Shown: positions 25,770 through 40,320, counted from the whole stretch's first letter. The stretch: DNA of 63,980 nucleotides, filler included, from Octopus bimaculoides (GCF_001194135.2; 6 parts of 6 records of this genome joined end to end with filler, not necessarily neighbours in it); one strand, 5' to 3'. The notes: generated by a model not told the origin, from the letters alone. Numbers and translations: made by a program.

Positions 25770-26867
25770 ATATATATATATCTGTGTGTGTGTGTGTATA
25801 GAGGCATAGATATATAGATATTTATATATACAACTGTATACATATATATGTAGATACACACCCACGCGCGCACACACACATACATCAATATATGTATTTA
25901 TGTATGTATGTATGTATGTATGTATGTATGTATGTATACATATATACATACATAGATCATGGAAGAAATGTGCATTTGAGGGTGTGGTTTAAATATGGAA
26001 CCACGTGAACAACAGCACATTCTGGAGCTACCGATTACACTCTACAAAATATGTAACTGTGCTAATAGCACATCATAATGCATGACTCTATGTGCGTGTA
26101 TTAGAAGTATTATTTATAAATGTTTGCTTGATATAACGAAAATCGACAGTAATAGATATTAATATGTCGTAAACTATAAAGTTGCTTATCGTTTTGACTG
26201 AAATAGAAATTTCTCTACAGATATATCCATATCTTTCATGACCTCTAATACTATAGATCAATCATATCCTCATATATTTATCCGTTTCCGTTGTCGTAAG
26301 AGGGCAGCTCATATGTTGTTTGCCATATAATATTTCTCGCATTATATTCCTTCTTAACAAGGATGCGATTATGTCCCCTGTAACTCCTACATTTCTATTA
26401 TCTGTGCTCCCATTACAAAAGCGTATGGATTTGATACTCTTTCGTGAACTTCCAATGCTGCCATCCACACTTTTCCTTCCGCATATTTACTTTGCGTGGC
26501 TTCCACCTACAAGCTTAGGCTTTCTCCATAACCTTGAATCAGTTTGACATGATGAAGACGGAATAATTATTTCTGCAACATGATTCATTTTGTCTTTGTC
26601 TTATACGTTTCATTACAAATAATATCGTTTATTTTCACAATAAATTACTAGATAACAGTTTTCTTATCACATTCCACTACAGTATCAGTGTTCGTACATG
26701 ACATAATTGAAATCAATCTTAATTAAATGAAGGAAAATGATATAAGAGTTATTTTAAAACTGTTTCTAGATTATTCACATTTATATAAATTTCTTTTTGC
26801 TTTGAGAAGCTACACGATCCTTGATCGTCGAGAAACAGGATATGCTTATATATATATATATATATAT

Positions 26868-27241
26868 ATTCTTTTATTTGTTTCAGTCATTTGACTGTGG
26901 CCATGCTGGAGCACCGCCTTTGGTCGAACAAATTGACGCCAGGACTTATTCTTTGTAAGCCTAGTACTTATACTATTCGTCTCTTTTACCGCTAAGTTAC
27001 GGGGACGTATACACACCAACATCAGTTGTCAAGCCATGATGGGTAGTCAAATACAGACGCACACACACACATATATATACGACAGGCTTCTTTCAGTTTC
27101 CGCTCTACCAAATCTACTCACAAGGCTTCGGTCGGCCCGAGGCTATAGTAGAAGACCCTTGCCCAAGGTGCCACGCACAGGGACTGAACGCTGAGCAATG
27201 TGGTTGGTAAGCAAGCTATTTACCACACACCCACTCCTGCG

Positions 27242-27245
<4 letters not shown>
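26868..27245 (-). mobile_element. Full-length CORE-like tRNA-derived SINE
   Basis: Both the head (ccactcctgcgccta) and the tail (ttcttttatttgtttcagtcatttgactgtggcc) are present, between (AT)n tracts. Confidence 0.9.
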
Positions 27246-27284
<39 letters not shown>

Positions 27285-27712
27285 AAGAGAGAGAGAGAGG
27301 GAGTGTGTAGAACTTCGGTTTACGAACGCCCCTGATCACGAATAAATCGTGTTTTATATATATATCTATATCTATCTCTTTATATATATATATATATACA
27401 AAGCACGGTTTATTCAGAGTACTACTGTATAATATATATACAGACAGACAGATGATAGGTAGATAGATGTACACCAGCGAGGTAAATTTTTAAAACTGGC
27501 TTCACTCACGAATCGAAACTACATTCAGTTGGCTGTTGCCGTTATTCGTCTTGTGGTTTTTGTATTGTTTCCAAGAGTTAGAGATATCCGAAATTTGACC
27601 TGTTTACAAAGACTTAATTTCCAATGCGATGGATTTGAAAATAGTGAAAATGGTATGTACTGCTGGCAGTCAAATAAATAATTACATTTTAGCTCGTATG
27701 ACTCGATAAAAT

Positions 27713-27929
27713 ATTCTTTTCTACTCTAGACACAAGGCCAGAAATTTGGGGGGAGGGGCGCCAGTCGATCGGATCGACTCCAGTACGCAACTGGTACTTA
27801 ATTTATCTACCCCGAAAGGATGAAAGGCGAAGTCGACTTCGGCGGAATTTGAACTCAGAACGTAAAGACAGACGAAATGCTGTTAAACATTTCGTCCGGC
27901 GTGCTAACGTTTCTGTCAGCTCGCCGCCT
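27713..27929 (-). mobile_element. Deu/Nin-like SINE, alternative tail variant
   Basis: Same head as 21202-21431 but a ctactctagacacaaggcc tail. 14-bp TSD tga(c/g)tcgataaaat at 27699-27712 and 27930-27943. Confidence 0.88.
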
Positions 27930-28801
27930 TGAGTCGATAAAATGTTATATTAATATCACTTTGGCCATGATATATAAAATAACACCTTCAATGTTATCAG
28001 ATTTTAACGAAAGGACATTCTGTCAAGCAAACAATCTGCAGTAATATATTACTATTAAATGATATAAAAGGAGGTTGTATGTTGTATGGTACTATTATTC
28101 AGATATTACCTAACATAATTATAGAATTTTTAGTATGTGTACTCTGTAACCTAATGCCCAGAGTAGAAGCGAAGGTAAAATAATCGACATTTAATAGGCA
28201 ATCAAATGAAAAGTACGAAATATACTGAAATAAAAGCGGTGAAGCAAAACTGTTATCTGAATCACAGCAAATGTAAGAAATATATACGGAGAAACTTAAA
28301 TGATGCTGTATATTTAGATTATCACTATGCCATTGATTTTGAGGCGATATGTAATCGATTTAATCAACTCCAATACTTGACTGGTGCTAATTTATCGATC
28401 ATGAAGGGATGACAGGAAACAAACCCCGGGCAGAATTTGAACTCAAAGCGGAAAGCGACCTGACTAGCTGTGTCAAGTTGGTGTAACGACATACTACTCA
28501 ATCTACCACCCCGTCTCTCCACCTCCTTCAAATCAAACCTAACACGAAATGATAGGAAATCGTAAAAACCGCAGACTTAAGTATATAAAGATCATATCTA
28601 CCTGTCTGTTTGTATGTCTGTCTGTATGTATGTCTGTCTGTATGTCTGTCTGTCTGTATGTCTGTCTGTCTGTATGTATGTCTGTCTGTCTGTATGTACA
28701 CACATTTGTACGTACGTGCATATATAAGTATGTATATGCATATATACATGCGTAAATACATATATATAGAGAGACAGACAGACAGAGAAAGAGAGAGATA
28801 C

Positions 28802-28875
<74 letters not shown>

Positions 28876-29042
28876 NNNNNNNNNNNNNNNNNNNNNNNNN
28901 NNNNNNNNNNNNNNNNNNNNNNNNNNNNNNNNNNNNNNNNNNNNNNNNNNNNNNNNNNNNNNNNNNNNNNNNNNNNNNNNNNNNNNNNNNNNNNNNNNNN
29001 NNATATATATATATATATATATATGCATACAGTATACGCACA

Positions 29043-29117
<75 letters not shown>

Positions 29118-30899
29118 CTTACTTACCATGCATATACTATCGGAAGCCGTAAAACTGAAGTATTCCTCTCGAGAAAAATTCTTGTATAAACGTATAGTGC
29201 TAAAAGACAAAGCAATGTATCAGCATCGAACGAAAAGTGTCCAGCAGCGACGGTAGCATTGCTGAATCTTCTTCCTTCGTCTCTGTATGCCATCGGCAGC
29301 AAATATCCGCTATCAATCGCATGCTTTGAGAAATTTCGTTCTACTGATATAGAAAAACCAGTGATTAATGAATCACTCGCCTCGCAAGTAACTGGCGAGC
29401 TGAGTCAAATTTCGCTATTACCAAAGAGAGCATGTCGTATATATTCATTATACGACAAGCTTCCTGATGACGAATACTGCAGTTTTGTGGTCACTCACAC
29501 AACGCATACACACAACACACATACAGCACACACGCACGCACAACACACATACACAACACTCACACGCACACATACGGGCGCGCACACATACACACAACAC
29601 ACACAAACGCACAAAACGCACACTCATGCTCACACACATTCATGCTCACTCACACACACAACCACACGCACACACCCACACACACACAGAGACACAACAC
29701 ACACTCATGCTCACACGCACAACACAGACACACACTCGTACACATAACACACACAAAATACACACAACACAACACACACACACACATACACACATAGGGT
29801 GCACGCCTATAACGTTGGATCTTGGGCTTCTAATGGGAAATGAATAAACCGTGGCATGAATTTCATCACATTTAGTGCTATAAAATGTTACAATAAGAAT
29901 CGAAGTTAGCAAAATGTCTCTATACATAGAGTACACGTGTGTTGAATGCGTGGGCATGTGAGGATATTTATGGTTGCATGTAGCCAGTTGGGTTAGTGTT
30001 ATCCATGCACATAAACACTTAGAAATATATTTGTGACATTTTATGCAGATACAGAGACTAATAATTATACACAAATAAATGCAATAGAAACATGCTGGTA
30101 TGATTTTAGAAAATACCATCCAAATATTTTGTGTTGTTAATAGGAAATTATGAATAAATGAAAAGGTTATAACAAGGAAATATCGGTGATCAGCCGTCAA
30201 AGTAAACTTGTATCTATTTCTAACAAAGGCACACGAAGCATGTGTATGAATCTGTACATAGTATGTGTCTGTATACACACACACACACACACATGTATGT
30301 ATACATACATACACACGCGCTTATATATGCATGCATGTGTGCATATATTCACATAGACAAACGTACTCTCACTCGTCTATTCATATATCATCTGTCTAGC
30401 AATCTATGTGTTTATATCTATATGTTCGTGTATGAGTTTATGAATACATACATGCATATGCATACATACATAAATGTACACACACGAACACATATATACG
30501 TGTATATACATATACGTATATTTATTATTCTGTTGCAATATACAGGAAAATGATTTTATAATTACAAACATGCCTACATCTGTATATCTAGTCCGTGCAT
30601 TTCGACAATATTTATATTTATCATACATTTATTTATACATTATAATTCTCTTCTGAGACAACCATAGAAACTGGGAACCTAGAATGGCTTCAATGCTAAT
30701 ATAATAACACTCTGTTTTCATGGACAACGATATAAAATAATAATAATTCTTGATAAATATCACAATTCGATAATGTAAATGGTTACTTTGAATATATTCA
30801 TCTAAAACCTATTTCCAGAAATACCCAGCGTCGGCTAATTTTAGTTCGTGAATCTGTAAAAACTCTTTCCTCTCAGCATAATGTGCATATCCTTGTGAT

Positions 30900-31200
30900 G
30901 CTTATCCATTGCGCGGTGCCTTGGGTTGATCGATGTCTTCCACTATAGCTTCGGCACGACCAAAGACTTGTGAGTGGATTAGGTAGACGGAAACTGAAGG
31001 AAACTGTTTGATCTCCCACCACCGATTGACAACAGCTGTTGGTTTCTTTAGGTTCCATAACTTTTGGTCCGTCATAAGTGACCAATAGAATGAATGAACA
31101 AAAAATGTACCGGGGTTCAAGTTGTTCGACTAAACCTTTCAAGACATTGCAACAGCATGGGCGCAATCCACTGACTGAAACAAAAGATAGAAGATACAAA
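30900..31200 (+). mobile_element. Decayed CORE-like SINE
   Basis: Collinear with 23461-23688 and 37101-37390. Confidence 0.7.
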
Positions 31201-31679
31201 CATGGCTACTTGGTTGATGTTGTTTAAATTCCTGTGAGGGAATTCAACAAAAATGCAAACGGCGATGCATTCTTATGAGGCAGATATGATACAGCAAGGA
31301 GTATATTTATGGTCATTTGCTTCCAAACTTGCAATTTATCTACAGAGGTTATAGTTTACACCTTTACCTATAATCATTGAAGCACTTGGTTATGTTTGTA
31401 AATGCTTAAGTCATTGCATTACTAGGAAAAGTCATGGTTTTCGTATAAAGAAAGAGACCATGTAACTAATATTCTAAAAGTGCAATCTGTAGGTGAAAGG
31501 ATACCCAAGACGGTTCTGAAATTTAAGATATAATTTCATTCTCTAACATTTATCTAAATTTCAGTGATAGTGTTTTATTTATTAAGTTGAAACAGACCAC
31601 TTCTTTACAGAAAGAATTTAAACAATAAAATAATGAATATAGCCACATACACACATACAGAGTTTTTATCTTTTAGCAA

Positions 31680-32060
31680 GGCTGTGTAGTTAAGAAACTC
31701 GCTTTGCAACCGCGAGGTTTCGGGTTCAGTCCTACTGTGCAGCACTTTGGGGAGATGTCCTCTGCTATAGCTTTGGTTCCATCAACGTCTTGTGAGATAA
31801 TTTGATAGACGGAAGCTGTAAAAGACCATTGTGTGTCGTTATATTCGCCTTTGTGTTTTTACCCCTGCCACCACTACCACTGATTTACAACTGGTGTTGA
31901 TTCGTTTACGTTCCGGAAACTTAGCCGTTCGGCAATAGAAATCCGATAGAATAGTGTCTGTGGAGTGCTCAGACACTTGCACGTTAATTTCACGCGCAGG
32001 CTGTTCCATTGATCGGATCAACTGGAACTCTCGTAGTCGTAACCGACAGAGTGCTAACTA
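31680..32060 (+). mobile_element. Composite SINE: CORE-like head and body joined to an OR-like 3' end
   Basis: 31680-31950 resembles the CORE-like family; 31950-32060 matches 2880-2989. Confidence 0.6.
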
Positions 32061-32739
32061 GGTGACTGATGCACAATTTATTTCTCTCAGAAGGGTGAAA
32101 TATAAAGTCGACCTTGACAAGATTTGAAACTCAAATCTTGAAGAACGTTACTGAATACCATGCAGCAGTTTGCCAAACACTCTTCCAATTCTACCAATGC
32201 AATCGTGCAGCAGTTTTAAAACAATACTTATGAAGAAGGATAACTGTTAATCTTAATCTCTAATCGTCTAGAGGTTATGGATGTTTTGAAAATATATCTA
32301 GAATGATTACTAGTTTGTGTTGTTTTTATTTTACTTGTAATGTGCGTTGCTCTTGTTTTGTTTATTCAAAACTGATTTTCTGAAGATAATCCAATGATTA
32401 TCAAACAACATATATTTGATCTAAGTTCTAAAATATCAACCGAGAAAGTATTCTAATTTTTAATTCGTTGGTAGTGAATAAATATTTATATTCTTAAACA
32501 GGATTTCTATCTTTGCATTGCTAAAACTTGGCAATGGATGAAGATAAATATTTCTTAATATGTTATAACTAAAGTGAGGCGGTGTGTTGGCAGAATCGTT
32601 AGCACGCTGGGAAAAATGCCGCAAAGTATCTTGCCTGGCTTTACCTTCTGATTGCAAATTCCGCCGATGTCGACTCTATCTTTCATCGATAAAATAGGTG
32701 TCAGTTTAACAATAGGGTTACGACGACAAATGTTCTAGA

Positions 32740-33030
32740 CAAATGTTCCGATCAACGGAACAGGCTGCGCGTGAAATCAAAGTACGAATGACCGAGCACT
32801 CTACAGATATGTGCACCTTAATGCAGTTCTCAGAAAGATTCAGTGTAACACGGGATGTGACAAGGTTGGCCCCTTCAATTACAGTTACTACTCAGTTTTG
32901 TCAGCTGAGTAGACTGGAGCAACGTGAAATAAAGTGTCTTGCTCAAGGACTCAACACACCGCTCGGTATCAAATCCATGACCTTACGATCATGAACCAAA
33001 TATAGTTACCACTAAGCCACGCCCCTTCAT
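32740..33030 (-). mobile_element. tRNA-derived SINE sharing the OR-like 3' half
   Basis: ccactaagccacgccccttc head (reverse) and gctgagtagactggagcaacgtgaaataaagtgtcttgctcaagg central part. Confidence 0.75.
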
Positions 33031-33087
33031 ACACACAAGAAAATCATTCGCACAGATACACACTCTGATAGCCATAATAGTAATATA

Positions 33088-33533
33088 TTTATTTCTTTAG
33101 TGCCCACAGGGGTCTTAAACATAGAGCGAGAAACAAGGACAGACAAAGGAATTAAGTCGATTACAATGATCCCAGTGCGTAACTGGTACTTATTTAATCG
33201 ACCCCAAAAGGATGAAAGGTAAAGTCGACCTCGGCGAATTTGGACTCAGAACGTAGCAGTAGACGAAATACCGCTAAGCACTTTGCCCGGTGCCTTAACG
33301 ATTCTGCCAGCTCGCCGCCCTAACACTAATAATATAGCCTTTTCTTCTCGAGGAACAAGGCCCTAAAGTTTGGGTGAGGGGGCCCAGTACGTAACTGGTA
33401 ATTAATTTATCGACCCCAAAAGGATGAAAGGCAAAGTTGACCTCGGTGGAATTTGAACTCAGAACGTAACCGCAGACGAAACACTGCTTTGCATTTCGCC
33501 CGGCGCGCTAACTATTCTGCTAACTCGCCACTT
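33088..33533 (-). mobile_element. Two tandem Deu/Nin-like SINEs with different tails
   Basis: Copy 1 about 33088-33320; copy 2 about 33340-33533. Each is followed by actaataatata. Confidence 0.8.
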
Positions 33534-35364
33534 TAAATACTAATAATATATTAAGAAGCATATTATCTCTGCATTTCATTCATTATCTTTCTTTCTCTCT
33601 CTTCTGTTTTTCCTTCTCTCTTCAAGAGAATGTTTATTATTATTTTTTATATATATATACGATAGCGATTATGTTTCTTTCCTTTATATTCGATCGTTAT
33701 GTCGCATTAATTCATCTTTTCTTTTCTCTTAACGTTTATTTCTTCCATTGTGTTTATCTTATGTTTGATTTAATTTAGATAAACACTTTTTTTTTTTTTT
33801 TTNNNNNNNNNNTTTTTTTTTTTTTTTTGACGTGATTTCACCTAAGCTGATAATTTCCCATTACAATCCATCATTATTAGATATATTAAAAATATTCTCA
33901 TTTAGTACTAAGATACTTTGTACAACACTTAATATCAGAATATAAATAAAATAAAAAATACAGAATTGTAACATAAAACTGAAAACAATGATTACTTCGG
34001 TTGCAAATTTTAAAATATTATCTTAATGAAAGAGAATTTGGTATCTCCTTTTCTATAGCACACATCTCGAGCCATCTTGAAACCATCAAGACTACAAAAT
34101 GGTTGTAATTGAAGACATAAATACAAAACATTAGCTTAATCCTGTGACCTGAGAAATAGATATGTTTAGGTTCCTTTTTATGTATTTTACATACTTTATT
34201 CTTTATGCCCAAGGAAACCCTCCCTCAAAAAAGGAATCTAAAAATTAAAGAAACTCCAGACCTGATCATGCCATCATTGTTTAGGGGACAATGCACATTG
34301 GACCAAATCGTTAAATGTGACCTTTTTTTACTATGGCAGTTTGGTGACATTTACATGAGATTTTACTTCTGCTTTTTAGCACACCAGGTGGCCATGTAGA
34401 AGTTTCCTGGTTGGCTCAATTTTCTTTTAAAGATGGCGAATCTCAGTGTCTCACACAGATGCAGGAATATTACCACTGCTGTTTATGTTTTCATTCAAAA
34501 TGAAGAATCTAGAGTAAGGCTACTTGATACACTCCAATCTCTTCTCAAATATAACTATGAGAGACGTAACAAGATGAACTCTGTAAAGAACATTAGCCAT
34601 TGCTATCTCTGTATCAGTAGGTGGACTGGGCCACTTGAATATATTGGCTATAGACTTAGCATAGTGTTGCTGTCAAAATATTATTTACCAATTATTCACC
34701 TGTTTGTCAGACTATATTTAGCTATAAGATTCACCATCATTTTCAGTTTTAAAGGAATGGTAAAACTGTCTTAGTATTAAAACTTATAAATATTTCATGA
34801 AACCATTTTAGAAATCGATCAGATTGGTTTTAACTTCTTGTAAGTTGTATATTTCCTTTCTATTTCTCTCCTGTATGTACAGACCCATACTCCTATATTT
34901 GTGTAAGAGTGTATGTGTGTATAAATGGCTGCCTTGGTTTGGTCATGTATGTGGGTGCATGCATGTGTATGAAAATAAAGAACTTATACGCATTAACACA
35001 AATTGAAAGTAACTAAATATTTAAAACTGATTTTGTATGATGAGTGATGACAATCAAGTTTTCATTAAAAAATCACGAACTCGATTAATCAATCACAGCA
35101 AACAAAATGTCATTGCATATTCTTCTATTCTTATTTATTTTCTTCTATTGAAATTCTTTTCTCCAATCAATAAGTGCTAAATTTGCCAAGTTTTCAAAAC
35201 TTTTATCCACAACGTTCTTGATTTGTAGTAGCATTGGTCAACTTTAATATTTCCTAACTTGGAAATTTTCAAATAGAGTAAGTTTCTTTTCAAATATATT
35301 TGCTAAATATATTCATGAATTCGTGAACCACAGACAAGAAATATAAGTGTTTGTATATGAGTTT

Positions 35365-35569
35365 TGTACGGTATCATGTCTGTACGGTATCATGTCTGTA
35401 CGGTATCATGTCTGTACGGTATCATGTCTGTACGGTATCATGTCTGTACGGTATCATGTCTGTACGGTATCATGTCTGTACGGTATCATGTCTGTACGGT
35501 ATCATGTCTGTACGGTATCATGTCTGTACGGTATCATGTCTGTACGGTATCATGTCTGTACGGTATCAT
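35365..35569. repeat. Perfect 16-bp minisatellite (TGTACGGTATCATGTC) x12.8
   Basis: 12 identical units plus 13 bp, read directly. Confidence 0.97.
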
Positions 35570-36474
35570 TAAATGGATTGACTATAAATTCATTGTCTTT
35601 ATCTTCTTAGCTGTGACAGTTCATTTATATATATTGAATTTATTGAAAACAAAATGAAGTTTTATAAATGGTGAGGCGTGGCTGTCTCGTAAGAGCTTGG
35701 TTTCCCAGCCACATGGTTCTTGGTTCAGTCCTACTTCACTATTTTTTCCGTGACCCTCTTCAATTGAATGGCAAACCCAGATCAAGGGAACTAGAGATGG
35801 AGAGGGAAGCAGTGGCGGACCAAGGTGTCTTACTTATCTCTTCTTGTTCTCTGCAATCCACAATACGTTTGTGCATCAATGAAGGTTTCTTCCACAATGA
35901 ATCCGCCAGGTCTAGTTCTCACATGCATAAACAAGCAAATCCTGATATGCTAATTAACTGATAAATGGGAATTTGGCAGGTGTCTTACTACTCTAAGAGT
36001 CAGAGTAGACTTGGAACCAGCAAAGTGACAGTTCAGCATCTGCCAAAAATCAATAAACTCCCTCCCGAACCAGGCCCCACTACCGGACGCTGTTTAAAGT
36101 CATAATCAGGACATATCCATTCAGAACATATCCATTCAGCTGTAACATACGTGGGGTAAGTTATGAGAGTAACAAATGAAATCTCAAAATCCCGAAATCA
36201 AAAGGAAGAAACTGTGTGGAGGACAGAAAATTTAAATATTTGCTAAATGAATTAAGTTGACTTTAAATAAACAGACATACGTAGAAATGATATTTAAGGT
36301 AAATGATATATACGATTTGTCTCATTCACATACTAGTGTCCCATTATAAATATACAAAGATGGCACAGCCCGCCCTTCATACACAAGCATCATTCTAGCA
36401 CCAAAATATATTCCTAGATAGATATTTTATTCATTAATTGGTTCCAGCTATTTGGCAATAGTCATAACTGCGTA

Positions 36475-36512
<38 letters not shown>

Positions 36513-36612
36513 NNNNNNNNNNNNNNNNNNNNNNNNNNNNNNNNNNNNNNNNNNNNTTAATTAATTAANNNNNNNNNNNNNNNNNNNNNNNNNNNNNNNN
36601 NNNNNNNNNNNN
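36513..36612. other. Artificial scaffold-joining spacer
   Basis: N44-TTAATTAATTAA (36557-36568)-N44. Confidence 0.95.
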
Positions 36613-36654
<42 letters not shown>

Positions 36655-36875
36655 TCATATATATCTGCTATATGTGGGTGTGTCTCATTGCACGTATATA
36701 TAAGTTCCTGTCTCTCTCTGTCCCTTCATTCTCACGGGCGCATACATTCGAACCCGTATGCATATGGAAAGAGAGGAATATTCACACATTCGCTCAAACT
36801 AACACACGCACACATATAAACACATTGATACACACACACTCACACTCACACAAAATCACACAAACACAGAAACAT

Positions 36876-36916
<41 letters not shown>

Positions 36917-37058
36917 ACTATAACACTGATACTAATATCCATCTAATCTTACCGTATTTTTTNNNNNNNNNNNNNNNNNNNNNNNNNNNNNTATGTATAT
37001 ATATAATATAGAAACATATGTATATATATTTATATATATATATATATAATATAGAAAC

Positions 37059-37100
<42 letters not shown>

Positions 37101-37390
37101 GTGCAGGAGAGGTTGTGTGGTAGCTTGCTTACCACATGGTTTCGGGTTCAGTCCCACTGCGTGGCACCTTGGGCAAGTGTCTTCTATTATAGCTTGGGGT
37201 CGACCAAAGCCTTGTTAGTAGATTTGGCCGACGGAAACTGCATATGTGTGCCTGTGTTTATCCCCAGCAAAAGAGATCGATATAATAAGTAATAGGCTTA
37301 CAAAGAATAAGTACTTGGGTCGATTTGCTCGATTAAATGCGGTGCTCCCTCATGGCCGCAGTCAAATTGCTGAAACAAATAAAAGAATGA
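37101..37390 (+). mobile_element. CORE-like SINE, internally shortened
   Basis: Head, accttgggcaagtgtc motif and ctgaaacaaataaaaga tail. Confidence 0.8.
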
Positions 37391-37428
<38 letters not shown>

Positions 37429-37592
37429 GTGTGTGTGTGTGTATACATACACGAAGAAATTGGAGGATACCTAGATTGATAGATGCATACATAGACATCT
37501 ATAGATTAATCAGTATTGCACACATACACATATACGTGCCCGTATATGCGTGTTTCTTTGTGTGAGAGCGAGCGCGTGTAACATGTTTCTCT

Positions 37593-37623
<31 letters not shown>

Positions 37624-37624
37624 C

Positions 37625-37659
<35 letters not shown>

Positions 37660-38479
37660 NNNNNNNNNNNNNNNNNNNNNNNNNNNNNNNNNNNNNNNNN
37701 NNNNNTTTGTTGGTAAGCATGTCTTTTTGAAAACATAAGAAATATTCGGGATAAACCTTTTTGTTTTGGTTTTATTTCCAGATTTTCTTATTTTTCCCCC
37801 TTATTTTTTTTGCATTCTTCATTGTTAATCCGTTATATTTATTTTGGAACAACACTCCACTGTTATCATTTAAATTCTGATGCCAAGGCCGAGCGAGAAT
37901 CTTTTGGAAATAGTTATGAAATATCATTTAGTTTTTTGCTATTCGAAATCTAAGCAACAATTAAGGAAATATGGAAATTCTTTAATAAAATGGATTAAAC
38001 TCAAGCAAGCTCTGTCATATCTTTACTGTCACAATAGACAGACACACAGACACACAAACACACGCATTCACAAACAACACACACACACGCACACAATACA
38101 CTCACACGTGGATATGCTTGCAAGATATATGTGTAAGTGCGTGTATACTCTCTTATGTGTTTACACAAACAAACGCACACACATATATGTATGCCGTTCT
38201 CTCTTTATCGTTCACCCGCCTTTTCTCTCTTTTTTTCTTTTTCCACACACGAACGCACCAGTATGCGTCTATATCTATATCTACAGTATAACAATATATA
38301 CATACACATACACACTCGCACATACATACATAGACTCATATATACATGCATATGCATACATACATATGCAAATATGCATGCATATGTGTGTGCATGTCCA
38401 GTGGTGGAACGTGTTCTTGTTTTAGAAGTACCAGTCGTTTTTCATTCACTGTATTTGTATAAAGTTGCGTCTTCATGTC

Positions 38480-38493
38480 ACGCAATCGTACTA

Positions 38494-38534
<41 letters not shown>

Positions 38535-38937
38535 CTCTCTCTCTCTTTGTTTATGTCTGTCTATCTGTTTCTTCCTCTCTATTTATGTATGTCTGTCTGT
38601 TTCTTTCTATTTTTGTCTGTCTGTCTTTCTCTCTCTCTCTTTCTCTCTCTCTCTTTCTCTCTCTCTCTTTCTCTCTCTCTCTCTTTCTCTCTTTCTCTTT
38701 CACACACACAAATATACACGCACACACACACACACGCACACACACACACGCACACACACACACACACACGCACACACACACACACGCACACACACACACA
38801 CAGTTATTGGAATCGGTGAAGATGTCGTCTGCAATCTGAGTCTACACTTTTTCTTTCTCACACGTTCTTCATCTCTGTCTCTCAACTGGTTGTCCCATAA
38901 TGCTTAAGATCAATCACTGTGTGTGTGTGTGTCTCTT

Positions 38938-38981
<44 letters not shown>

Positions 38982-39165
38982 TTCTGCATATATATACACA
39001 CACGCACACACACACATGCATGCATATACATGTTTATATGTATACACACATATATATATATATATATATAACATAATATGGTAAACATTCGATATTAATT
39101 AATATCAATTTACTACCAGGGAACTATATATATATAGACAGACAGACAGATAGATAGATAGATAT

Positions 39166-39234
<69 letters not shown>

Positions 39235-39696
39235 CATATTCGTGCATAAACACATACATATGTCAACATGTTTGCCCATCGATATCACTATAGCGCTTGC
39301 TTTTATTCCAAGACAATCTCATTTCGACAAACGCACAGAAACGTACATACAGGATCACATGCGTGCATACACTAAAACACACACACACAAGCGCGCACAT
39401 AAACATATATATACCCCAAACACACAAACACACGCATGCACACACGCACGCAATCAAAAGTCAGAATCTCTCGCAGAAACACATAGTCATTCGGTTATTC
39501 CCTTGCTCGTCGTTCTATCCGTCTCATTAAAAATTTGAATCTCCTTTTCTCCTCTAAGCTCTGTCTCTTTCTCTCTTTCAAGCTCTCCCTCTCAACCCCT
39601 CTCTCTTCTCTATTCTTACACACTATCGCTCTCTATCTACCCCCTCTATCTACCCCTCTGTCTCTTTATCTATCTATCTATCTATCTATCCATCTG

Positions 39697-39754
<58 letters not shown>

Positions 39755-40320
39755 GAGTTGTTTATCTATTTCGGTCTCTCTTCCTTTCTTCGTCTCATTT
39801 CTTTCTTTCTATACAATGTCATCACTTTGAAACACGTAAACACAATGCCTTTCTCTTTCTCTTTTCTCTCTTTTTTCCTCTCTTTCTCTCCCCCTCTTTC
39901 ACTTTCTCTTATTCATACGAACATACATAGACTTCCCCTCTTGACTTTGCTATCCGTTTCCTTTTTCTATCCCTGCTTCTCTCTCTATACCTCTCCATAT
40001 ATATATATACCTCTCTCTCTATACACCTCTCTCTCTATACACCTCTCTCTCGACGTCTCCCTATCTTTTTCTTTCTTACCCTTCTATGGCGTTTCTTCTC
40101 TTAACAATGACAATACTCACACACACACACATACAGACACGCAAATGCAAATGCAATATCCTTCCTTCTCATTCTCTCTCTCTCTCTCTCTCTCTCTTCC
40201 GTCTACGATCTCGCCTTTTCCTCTCTTACCGCTCTTTATTTCCCCTCTATCCATCTCACTATACCCTACCATTCTTTCTATTCTCTCTCTTTCAACTTTT
40301 ACTATTTTTGTATAAACGTT
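38480..40320. repeat. Compound CT/CA/GATA/CTAT microsatellite field
   Basis: Direct reading; the overlapping ORFs are low-complexity artefacts. Confidence 0.9.

Noticed and set aside
26262-26720. Possible second Helitron helicase piece (RFCNGS, TDTVV) on the minus strand
   Set aside because: Only isolated 4-5-residue matches in different frames; not enough to call.
35347-35657. Repetitive peptide MSVRYHVCTVSCLYGI in three frames
   Set aside because: Consequence of a stop-free 16-bp tandem unit. It is not a CRISPR array either, since there are no spacers.
36990-37070. Direct duplication tatataatatagaaacatatgtata
   Set aside because: Lies in (AT)n next to an N gap; most likely slippage or an assembly artefact.
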